From NCBI RefSeq assembly GCF_006345805.1, contig NW_021832652.1, positions 1 to 30,455 of the forward strand: DNA of 30,455 bases. Direction: 5' to 3'. The position numbers and the translations under genes are program-made. Below the pieces are notes generated by a model. It had not been told where the DNA came from, did no database searches, and was given only the letters and a program-made list of their open reading frames with translations. Source of the stretch: Octopus sinensis. Taxonomy: Eukaryota. Below, piece by piece: positions 1 through 10,595 of the stretch; position 1 is the stretch's first letter, and each line of letters opens with the position of its first letter.

Positions 1-47
1 CAAATATCCGTCAATGTAATAATGTAAATAAGGCTGTAATTCGTTTA

Positions 48-760
48 AAAGCACCCAAGGACTAGGTTGTTATGGTAAGCTCTACGAAAGAAACCTAAGG
101 ACTTCGTAAGCTCTACGAAAAACAACCAAGGACCTGGTGATTTTGTTAAATACCACCGAAGGCTCAGGCGATGGTATTAAACTCTACTACGAGAAATGCG
201 TAGCCGTATTTCGTCTGCCGTTACGTTGTGAGTTCAAATTCCGCCGAGGTTGACTTTGCCTTTCATTATTTCGGGGTCGATTAAATAAGTACCAGTTACG
301 CACCGGGGTCGATATAATCGACTTAATCCGTTTGTCTGTCCTTGTTTGTCCCCTCTGTGTTTAGCCCCTTGTGGGTAATAAAGAAATAGGTATTTCGTCT
401 GCCGTTATGTTGTGAGTTCAAATTCCGCCAAGGTCGACTTTGCCTTTCATCCTTTCGGGGTCGATTAAATAAGTACCAGTTACGCACCGGGGTCGATATA
501 ATCGACTTAATCCGTTCGTCTGTCCTTGTTTGTCCTCTCTGTGTTTAGCCCCTTGTGGGTAATAAAGAAATAGATATTAAACTCTACTCAAGCCACCCAA
601 GAACTAGATGGTGGTGCTAAACTTGTTTAAACACAACCAAGAGCCTGGTTGTCTTTAGACAATCCACACATGACATCCACGGACCAGGTGGTAATGTTAA
701 GCACTCCAAAAGAAACCTAAGGGCCAGGTGACGGTGTTAAAAGTCTATTCAAGGAACAAG
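48..760. repeat. Degenerate ~40-45 bp minisatellite (units like ccaaggaccaggtggtgatgttaaactctac), interrupted by a SINE insertion at 189-574
   Basis: Recurring ccaagg/ctaagg/ccaaga...ctaggt/ctggt/ccaggt...ttaaa motifs on both sides of the SINE. Confidence 0.6.
189..574 (+). mobile_element. 5'-truncated tRNA-derived SINE, head-to-tail dimer (189-388, 389-574), flanked by a 14-bp TSD
   Basis: Two near-identical monomers with a B-box-like gagttcaaattcc. Identical tattaaactctact at 175-188 and 575-588. Third copy at 16531-16692 (-). Confidence 0.85.
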
Positions 761-829
761 CAGCGGTAGGATTTGAACTCACAACACAAGAAACTTGACA
801 ATTACTACCAGCCTCACCATCCAACGTTG

Positions 830-1830
830 CACACACTCTCTCTCTCTCCACCTCAATCTCTCTCTCTCTCTCTCCATCTCAGTCTCTCTCCACCTCAGTC
901 TCTCTCTCTCTCCACCTCAACCTCTCTCTCTCTCTCCATCTTAGTCTCTCTCCACCTCAGTCTCCACCTCTCTCTCTCTCCATCTCAATCTCTTTCTCTT
1001 CTCACTCACTCTCCGTCTCCACCTCTCTTCCCTTCACCTCCCCCACCCGATCACACCACACCCCTCTCACCACCCCCCCCCCCACCCGATCACACCACCT
1101 TCCTCTCCCCCCACCCCCTCATTACATACTCCTTAACGCTTGACCCTCGCACCCCATAATTCTCAATTCGCACCTAATAACTCCGTCCTAACGCTCCCTT
1201 AATCCTTTCCCTACCCCTCTCCTCTCTCTCCCTTTCCCGACCCTTCCTCTCCGTCTCAAATTACCTCTGCCCTCCACTCCCCTCCTTCTCTCCTTTCAAC
1301 AGCTCCGGCGGTATCATCCTTCAAACCCACCCTACCCCCACCCGCGTTCTCTTCGCTCGTCTCCACTAACCCACCCTCCCTCCGTCTCTCTCTCTCTCCT
1401 TTTGACTCTCTCTCTCCTTCTCCCTCTCTCTCTCCCCTTCTCCCTCTCTCCTTCTCTCTCTCTCTCCCCTTCTCCCTCTCTCTCTCCTTCTCCCTCTCTC
1501 TCCTTCTCCTCTCTCTCTCCCCTTCTCCCTCTCTCTCCATCTCCCTCTCTCTCTCCTTCTCCCTCTCACTCACTCCTTCTTCATCTCTCTCTCTCTTTCT
1601 CTCTCTCCTTCTTCTCTCTCTCTCCTTCTCCCTCTCACTCTATCTTTCTCTCTCTCTCTCTCCCTTTCTGTCCCCTTCTTTCTCTCCTCACTCTACTATT
1701 CCACCCTCTCCTTCCCGCCTTCTTTCTCCACACCCCTTTCACACCTGCCTCCATCTCCACCCCTTCCTCACGGACCCCTACACATATACATACACGCACA
1801 CACGCCCTCTCACACACACATACACATGAC
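830..1830. repeat. (CT)n-rich polypyrimidine/low-complexity tract ending in (CA)n
   Basis: Directly visible. Confidence 0.9.
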
Positions 1831-2087
1831 CCCTTAACACGCTTCACACTCCGATCCCGTGCCTCACACGCCGCTCTCCCGTCAACTCCGCCCCCCCCCC
1901 AATGCCGAAAACACACCCTTCACTCACCCTCCCCTCTCTTCTCTCCATCCCTTTATACACTCCCCTTATGATCCCATCCTCCCCTTCTCTGTCTCTCCAC
2001 CGTATCAAATCTCCCGACAGACCCTCCACCCGGTAGACGGAAAGGGGCCGAAGCAGGGGACGAGGGTGGAAAACTAACAAATATAGC

Positions 2088-2460
2088 CACCACCACCACC
2101 ACCACCATCACTACCACCACCACCACCACCACCACCGCCACTACCATCACCACCACCACCACTGCTACCACCACCACCGCCACCAACACCACCACCACTG
2201 CTACAACCACCACCGCCACAACCATCACCACCACCACCACTACTACCACCATAGCTGTTGCTGCTTCTACCACAACAACTACTACTGCTGCTAATAGTGG
2301 TGGTGATGGTGGTGGTGGTGGTGGTGGTGGTGGTGGTGATGGTAGTGGCAGTGGTGGTGGTAGCAGTGGTGGTGGTGGCGGTGACGGTAGCGGTGGTGGT
2401 GGTGGTGGGGGGGTGGCGGTGGTGGTGGTGGTGGTGGCGGTGGTGGTGGTGGCGGTTGTG
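2088..2460. repeat. (ACC)n tract followed by (GGT)n tract (inverted trinucleotide array)
   Basis: ACC repeats ~2088-2290, GGT repeats ~2296-2460. Confidence 0.9.
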
Positions 2461-2536
2461 GTGTTTGTTGCAAGTTGAATTTTCAAACGGTGTGAAAAAA
2501 AAATTGTATGTTGTATGGCATGGCCGAGTGGAATTG

Positions 2537-2586
2537 AAGCCTTGTGAGTGGATTTGGTTGATGGAAACTGAAAGGAAGCCCGTCGT
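2537..2586 (+). mobile_element. Degenerate remnant of the CORE-like SINE head module
   Basis: aagccttgtgagtggatttggttgatggaaactgaaaggaagcccgtcgt matches ~7125-7172. Confidence 0.6.
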
Positions 2587-2801
2587 GGTGGTTGTGGTAG
2601 TGGCACTGGTGTCGGTGATGTTGATGGTGGTGGTGGCGAGGGCGGGGAGATACTGGTTTGTAGCCGGGGTGGGGGGAGGTGACGATGATCCCGATCACGT
2701 TGTTAGCAGCCGGGAGGTTTCTCATTGCAAGCGGAACTGAATTTGCACGGACAGATGTTTTATCAGGCAAATACGCACCAGAATGATACGTGCTCCCTCT
2801 T

Positions 2802-2852
<51 letters not shown>

Positions 2853-3024
2853 TACATACACACACACACAACCACATGCACAGGCATACTCACTCACGTA
2901 CATACACGCACGCACTCGCACATTCAGTTCAACTCGATCAGATGAAGCTAATTGGCTGAGACTAAAAGTTTCCACGGACGATCTATCTATCTATCTATCT
3001 ATCTGTCTATCTATCTATCTCTCT

Positions 3025-4950
3025 ATCCGCTCAGTCGAAGTCGACTCTCGGCCACTCGTTGGATCAGTGTCCTCCAGTCAGTTCTATCCTGGGCTGCTTC
3101 TTTCAGATTGGCTATGTCCATTCCAGTATCACTCTTGATGGTGTCAAGCCAGCGGGTTCTTGGTCGGCCTCTTCCTCTCTTGGCACTGACCATTCTGTAT
3201 GTATATATATATCCGCTCAGTCGAAGTCGACTCTCGGTCACTCGATGGATCAGTGTCCTCCAGTCAGTTCTATCCTGGGCCGCTTCTTTCAGATTGGCCA
3301 TGTCCATTCCGGTATCACTCTTGATGGTGTCAAGCCAGCGGGTTCTTGGTCGGCCTCTTCCTCTCTTGCCACTGACCATTCCGTATATATAATATATATA
3401 TATATATATGTATCCGCTCAGTCGAAGTCGACTCTCGGTCACTCGATGGATCAGTGTCCTCCAGTCAGTTCTATCCTGGGCCGCTTCTTTCAGATTGGCT
3501 ATGTCCATTCCGGTATCACTCTTGATGGTGTCAAGCCAGCGGGTTCTTGGTCGGCCTCTTCCTCTCTTGCCACTGACCATTCTGTATGTATATATATATC
3601 CGCTCAGTCGAAGTCGACTCTCGGTCACTCGTTGGATCAGTGTCCTCCAGTCAGTTCTATCCTGGGTCACTTCTTTCAGATTGGCTATGTCCATTCCAGT
3701 ATCACTCTTAATGGTGTCAAGCCATCGGGTTCTTGGTCGCCCTCTTCCTCTCTTGCCACTGACCATTTTGTATGTATGTATATATATATCCGCTCAGTCG
3801 AAGTCGACTCTCGGTCACTCAATGGATCAGTGTCCTCCAGTCAGTTCTATCCTGGGCCGCTTCTTTTTCAGATTGGCTATGTCCATTCCGGTATCACTCT
3901 TGATGGTGTCAAGCCAGCGGGTTCTTGGTCGGCCTCTTCCTCTCTTGCCACTGACCATTCTGTATGTATATATATATCCGCTCAGTCGAAGTCGACTCTC
4001 GGTCACTCGTTGGATCAGTGTCCTCCAGTCAGTTCTATCCTGGGTCACTTCTTTCAGATTGGCTATGTCCATTCCAGTATCACTCTTAATGGTGTCAAGC
4101 CATCGGGTTCTTGGTCGGCCTCTTCCTCTCTTGCCACTGACCATTCCGTTATAATATATATATAATATATATGTATCCGCTCAGTCGAAGTCGACTCTCG
4201 GTCACATCGATGGATCAGTGTCCTCCAGTCAGTTCTATCCTGGGTCGCTTCTTTCAGATTGGCTATGTCCATTCCAGTATCACTCTTGATGGTGTCAAGC
4301 CAGCGGGTTCTTGGTCGACCTCTTCCTCTCTTGCCACTGACCATTCCGTATATATAATATATATATATATATATGTATCCGCTCAGTCGAAGTCGACTCT
4401 CGGTCACTCGATGGATCAGTGTCCTCCAGTCAGTTCTATCCTGGGTCGCTTCTTTCAGATTGGCTATGTCCATTCCAGTATCACTCTTGATGGTGTCAAG
4501 CCAGCGGGTTCTTGGTCGGCCTCTTCCTCTCTGGCCACTGACCATTCCGTATATATAATATATATATATATATAATGTATCCGCTCAGTCGAAGTCGACT
4601 CTCGGTCACTCGTTGGATCAGTGTCCTCCAGTCAGTTCTATCCTGGGCTGCTTCTTTCAGATTGGCTATGTCCATTCCAGTATCACTCTTGATGGTGTCA
4701 AGCCAGCGGGTTCTTGGTCGGCCTCTTCCTCTCTTGCCACTGACCATTCCGTATATATAATATATATATATATATGTATCCGCTCAGTCGAAGTCGACTC
4801 TCGGTCACTCGTTGGATCAGTGTCCTCCAGTCAGTTCTATCCTGGGCCGCTTCTTTCAGATTGGCTATGTCCATTCCAGTATCACTCTTGATGGTGTCAA
4901 GCCAGCGGGTTCTTGGTCGGCCTCTTCCTCTCTTGCCACTGACCATTCCA
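3025..4950 (-). repeat. Tandem array of 10 copies of the terminal ~172 bp of an RTE/BovB-like LINE, separated by (TA)-rich spacers
   Basis: Unit starts (atccgctcagtcgaagtcgac) at 3025, 3211, 3412, 3598, 3788, 3976, 4175, 4377, 4579, 4778. Each encodes MVSGKRGRGRPRTRWLDTIK...DRTDWRTLI.RV.ESRLRLSG on the minus strand. Confidence 0.92.
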
Positions 4951-5093
4951 AGCATGATGTCCTTCTCCAGGGATTTTCTCCTCATAATATGACCGAAATA
5001 TGCCATTTCTCCATTGGTAAGCCTTGCAGTCCATGCTAGTCATCCCGTTTCATCAGCCAGCCAGATTCTCTTTTTAGTTAGAGCAAGCGTGTG
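4778..5093 (-). mobile_element. 5'-truncated, internally deleted RTE-clade (BovB-like) LINE 3' end; parent of the array
   Basis: AWTARLTN..AYFGHIMRRKSLEKDIMLGMVSGKRGRGRPRTRWLD matches the conserved RTE/BovB ORF C-terminus (WTA...YFGH.MRR..SLEK..MLG...GKR.RGR...RWLD). Confidence 0.85.
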
Positions 5094-5099
5094 TGTGTT

Positions 5100-5136
5100 T
5101 ATAGAGATACAGATAGACAGACAGACAGATAGATAA

Positions 5137-5213
<77 letters not shown>

Positions 5214-5248
5214 GACGGACAGACAGATAGATAAATAAATAGATAGAC

Positions 5249-5303
<55 letters not shown>

Positions 5304-5398
5304 GGGAGAGATAGATAGATATAGATAGATAGAGAGAGAGAGACGGACAGATAGATAGATAGACAGACAGATAGAGAGCAAGGGAGAGATAGACAGAC

Positions 5399-5449
<51 letters not shown>

Positions 5450-5470
5450 GGGAGAGATAGATAGATAGAT

Positions 5471-5505
<35 letters not shown>

Positions 5506-5568
5506 TGGACAGATAGATAGATAAACAGACAGATAGAGAGCAAGGGAGAAATAGACAGACAGACAGAC

Positions 5569-5642
<74 letters not shown>
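5100..5642. repeat. Compound (GATA)n/(GACA)n/(GA)n microsatellite
   Basis: Directly visible; agagcaagggaga occurs twice, ~163 bp apart. Confidence 0.95.
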
Positions 5643-5643
<1 letters not shown>

Positions 5644-5954
5644 GCCCAAGAAATCCGTGCAGCGAGGGAGCCATGAGATGGGAAATTCCAAAACCAAGCA
5701 CGCATCACGTTTTGAAGTCCTGTCAGTAGAAAAGTTACACTCCAAGACTAGTCCATGCTCTCAAAGAATATGAGAGGAACTGAAGAATGGAGTTTGGTAA
5801 GTGATACTTAGCATGGTATCTGTGTAGAAGAGTCACGCTTTCAAATATTGCTTGGAGAGATGAGGCTACACTTAAATTAAATGGTTCAAATTACCTCCAT
5901 AATGTAGGGCGGACTTGAAAATCCGTGTATTACACATTGTGTAACATTTACTAT

Positions 5955-6358
5955 TTTACTCTTTTACTTGTTTCAGTCATTTGACTGCGGGCCATGCTGG
6001 AGCACCGCCTTTTAGTCGAGCAAATCAACCCCCAGGACTTATTCTTTGTAAGCCTACTACTTATTCTATCGGTCTCCTTTTGCCGAACCGCTAAGTTACG
6101 GGGACGTAAACACACCAGCATCGGTTGTCCATCGATGTTGGTGGGGTGGGGGGACAAACACACACACACACACACACACATATACATACATATACATATT
6201 TACGACGGGCTTCTTTCAGTTTCCGTCTACCAAATCCACTCACAAGTCTTTGGTCGGCCTGAGGCTATAGTTGAAGACACTTGCCCAAGGTGCCACGCGT
6301 GGGACTGAACCCGGAAACATGTGGTTCGTAAGCAAGCTGCTTATCACACAGCCACTCC
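5955..6358 (-). mobile_element. Composite tRNA-derived SINE: Pol III head + CORE-like box, internal (TG/TA)n, distinct 3' module
   Basis: Minus strand: A-box-like tggctgtgtg, B-box-like and accttgggcaagtg motifs (6358-6201), microsatellite, then module ending ggccgcagtcaaatgactgaaacaagtaaaagag. Same order at 8343-9089. Confidence 0.8.
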
Positions 6359-7006
6359 CAGATCTTCTGGGAAACCAACAATCTATGAAATCACCAGATT
6401 GTGCTGACATCTACCGCCCACATTCCCAACAGGTTTTTCTCTGTCTAATGCAGTAGTTCTCAGCAAGAGTCTACATGTCCTCTGAGGGACCACATAAGAT
6501 TTTTGGAGACCCACGCAAAAAAATGGTAAATTGAGTACCCACAGTAATGTTTTAAGGGCTCCTGAAAAAAACTTTGGTATGTTTTGCGAGAAACGGCCAT
6601 ATTTCTTTCTCCAGCATTTTACATAGTTCAACCTACACAAAGGAATGTGTGAAAAACAGAATAGGAATTTTGAAGAACTAAAGAAGAAGGAGAATGAAAA
6701 CTGAAGAAGAAGAAGTAGAAGGAGAAACGTGGAGGTGGGGTACTCCACGGAGAAGGATATTGTTAGAAAGGACGGAAACTGTGGATTAGGTTAAGTGCTC
6801 TTTATAAGTAATTTAAGTAAGAGACAGTCGTGTTGGTGGTGGTGGTCATGGCTGAAGATGTTGGAAAAATGTGGGTGGAAAATGAAAGAAGGATGTGAGG
6901 AGCATGTAATCTGTGGATGAAGGGTTTTGTCTGTGTGTCGTACGGAGGGGCGGAAGATGGTCACTCTAGTTTACATACATACATACATACGTACGTACAT
7001 ATATAC

Positions 7007-7172
7007 AGGCGCAGGAGTGGCTGTGTGGTAAGTAGCAGCTTGCTTACCAACCACATGGTTCCGGTTCAGTCCCACTGCGTGGCACCTTGGGCAAGTGTCT
7101 TCTGCTATAGCCTCGGGCCGACCAAAGCCTTGTGAGGGATTTGGTAGACGGAAACTGAAAGAAGCCCGTCGT
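7007..7172 (+). mobile_element. Head module of the same SINE family
   Basis: ggagtggctgtgtggtaag...ggttcagtccc...accttgggcaagtgtc...gaagcccgtcgt. Confidence 0.85.
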
Positions 7173-7189
7173 ATATATGTATATATAAG

Positions 7190-7226
<37 letters not shown>

Positions 7227-7230
7227 ATAG

Positions 7231-7328
7231 AGGTGGCTGTGTGGTAAGTAGCTTGCTTACCACCACATGGTTCCGGGTTCAGTCCCACTGCGTGGCATCT
7301 TCGGCAAGTGTCTTCTGCTATAGCCTCG
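7231..7328 (+). mobile_element. Truncated second head module of the same SINE family
   Basis: Near-identical to 7012-7112, truncated where an opposite-strand SINE head begins. Confidence 0.8.
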
Positions 7329-7329
7329 T

Positions 7330-7438
7330 GGTTCTTTAGGTGTTTTCGCTCAATAAACACTCACAACGCCCGGTCTGGGAATCGAAACCGCGATCCTACG
7401 ATCGCAAGCCCGCTGCCCTAAGCACTGGGCCTCCACAT
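7330..7438 (-). mobile_element. Partial head of the tgtggaggcgcaatgg SINE family
   Basis: Reverse complement matches 22845-22960 and 20505-20616. Confidence 0.8.
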
Positions 7439-7520
7439 GTATGTATGTATGTATGTATGTATGTATGTATGTATGTATGTGCAGATTTGTATGTTTTATG
7501 TATGTATTCTCATGCATATA

Positions 7521-8309
7521 TTGGGTTGTCCGGAAAGTTCGTGCCGATTTGTAGTAGCTTACCTTTCGACTTATTCTAGAACATGGTTGAGTCCATAAAA
7601 TAGGTTTTGACTACACTTCTATTTAGAGCACAGTTTAAGCTATCTTTTCGTGGAAGAAGGTCTATGTTCCTATAATCTGTGTTAATTTTGTAACACTTTA
7701 AAATGGAAGATAAGAAAATTAATTTTCGGCACTTGATGCTTTGGGAACCGGACAAAAATTGCTGCAGCTCGGCCGGGATGTGTTGCCCCAGCCTCCATAT
7801 TCACCAGATATTGCTCCTTCGGATTTCCACTTATTCAGGTCTCTGCAGAGCACAGTTTAAGCTATCATTTCGTGGAAGAAGGTTTATGTTCCTATAACCT
7901 GTGTTAATTCCGTAACCCTTTAAAATGGAAGATAAGAAAGTTCATTTTCGGCACTTGATGCTTTGGAAACCAGACAAAAATTGCTGCAGCTCGGCTGGGA
8001 TGTGTTACCCCAGCCTCCATATTCACCAGATATTGCTCCTTCGGATTTCCCCTTATTCAGATCTCTGCAGAATAGTCTTAATGGTAAAAATTTCAATTCT
8101 TTGGATGACGTAAAAAGATATCTTGATGAATTCTTTGCCATGAAACAACCTCAGTTCTGGAAAGAGGGTATTTTCAGGTTAAAGGAAAGATGGAGACGCA
8201 TTGTGCAACAAAAGGGTTCATATTTGGTTGATTAAAAAATGTAATGGCAAGTATTTATTGACCTTTTTCTTTCCTTTAGAAATCGGCAAGAACTTTCCGG
8301 ACAACCCAA
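7521..8309 (+). mobile_element. Non-autonomous mariner (Tc1/mariner, DD34D type) element, 789 bp, 30-bp TIRs, TA TSD
   Basis: TIR TTGGGTTGTCCGGAAAGTTC(G/T)TGCCGATTT at 7521-7550 and inverted at 8280-8309 (1 mismatch). TA at 7519-7520 and 8310-8311. Confidence 0.95.
7963..8235 (+). pseudogene. Mariner transposase C-terminal fragment
   Basis: TRQKLLQLGWDVLPQPPYSPDIAPSDFPLFRSLQNSL...FWKEGIFRLKERWRRIVQQKGSY contains the mariner YSPDLAPSD motif; HTH and first two catalytic Asp are deleted. Confidence 0.93.
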
Positions 8310-8342
8310 TAGTTGTCTGTCTGTCTGTCTGTTTTTATGTAT

Positions 8343-9089
<747 letters not shown>

Positions 9090-9505
9090 ATGTATGTTTG
9101 TATGTATGTGTGTGCGTATATGAATATGCGTGTGTATATGTGTGTATGTATGTATGTGTACGTGCGTGTGAGTGTATGTGTGTCGAAGCTAATGGATGTG
9201 GGGATGGCCTCTTCTGATCCAGGCGTCAGGAAATGCTTTAACGTCGAGAAAAGAGGTCGACAACTTGACGCATTTTATTATTGTGTTGTATGATCAACAG
9301 TTCTGTGCTGGTTGTCTTTTTTGTTTCAAACCCAGGACATTAAACCTATTTCTAAGTAAACGATCAGTGGATGACAGCAGGAAAGAAAATGGCAAGATAT
9401 CCTGGTGTGTCTGCCTGTAAGTCTATCTCTACTCAGTGTATGAGCGCGTGCACATGGTGCGTGTGCCTATGTGTGTCTGCCTGCACGTCTGCCTGCCTAA
9501 CTGTC

Positions 9506-9508
9506 TAT

Positions 9509-9577
<69 letters not shown>

Positions 9578-9622
9578 AATCTATCATCTATCTACTATCT
9601 ATCTATCTATCTATCTATCTAC

Positions 9623-9655
<33 letters not shown>

Positions 9656-9691
9656 AATCTATCATCTATCTATCTATCTATCTATCATTAG

Positions 9692-9736
<45 letters not shown>

Positions 9737-9789
9737 AATCTATCTATCTATCTATATCTATCTATCTACCTATCTATCTATCTATCTAC

Positions 9790-9822
<33 letters not shown>

Positions 9823-9827
9823 AATCA

Positions 9828-9868
<41 letters not shown>

Positions 9869-9869
9869 C

Positions 9870-9902
<33 letters not shown>

Positions 9903-9950
9903 AATCTATCTATCTATCTATCTATCTAATCTATCTATCTATCTATCTAC

Positions 9951-10012
<62 letters not shown>

Positions 10013-10079
10013 CTATCAATCTATCATCTATCTATCTAGTATCTACCTATCTATCTATCTATCTATCTATCAATCTACA

Positions 10080-10110
<31 letters not shown>

Positions 10111-10156
10111 AATCTATCTACTATCTATCTATCTATCTATCCTATCTATCTATCAC

Positions 10157-10232
<76 letters not shown>

Positions 10233-10246
10233 ATCTATCTATCTAC

Positions 10247-10341
<95 letters not shown>
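9506..10341. repeat. Long (TATC)n microsatellite immediately 5' of the Tx1-like LINE
   Basis: Directly visible. Confidence 0.97.
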
Positions 10342-10595
10342 CTGACTGACGGATGTGATGTCGTTTCGGCTCCGAAGGTAATCATTTATTTTGACTATTT
10401 AAAAGTGTATATTGACAAACATTTTTTGCCTAAAAGTTGTACAACAACATCCACTGTAAACCTTTGATAAATATCGACACAAAATTTTGCCCCTTGTGGG
10501 CAAAATTTAAAAGAAAAAATTCTCATAGCCTTCGTGGTTTCATTTAGCCATTTTATTTCCAAAGGGCCACTGGCCACCACGAGGCTGAGTCGCAA

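Noticed and set aside
773-2893. Long Ser/Leu, Glu/Arg, Pro, Val and His-rich ORFs
   Set aside because: Translations of CT, ACC/GGT and CA microsatellites; no domain
3025-4950. CRISPR-like repeat/spacer appearance
   Set aside because: Repeats are ~172 bp of LINE coding sequence and spacers are TA microsatellites; eukaryotic context, no cas genes
5643-5800. Possible exon ending TTTG|GTAAGT
   Set aside because: Stops in all three frames and no pyrimidine acceptor
6452-6520. hAT/Charlie-like terminus (cagtagttctcag)
   Set aside because: No matching second TIR or 8-bp TSD found
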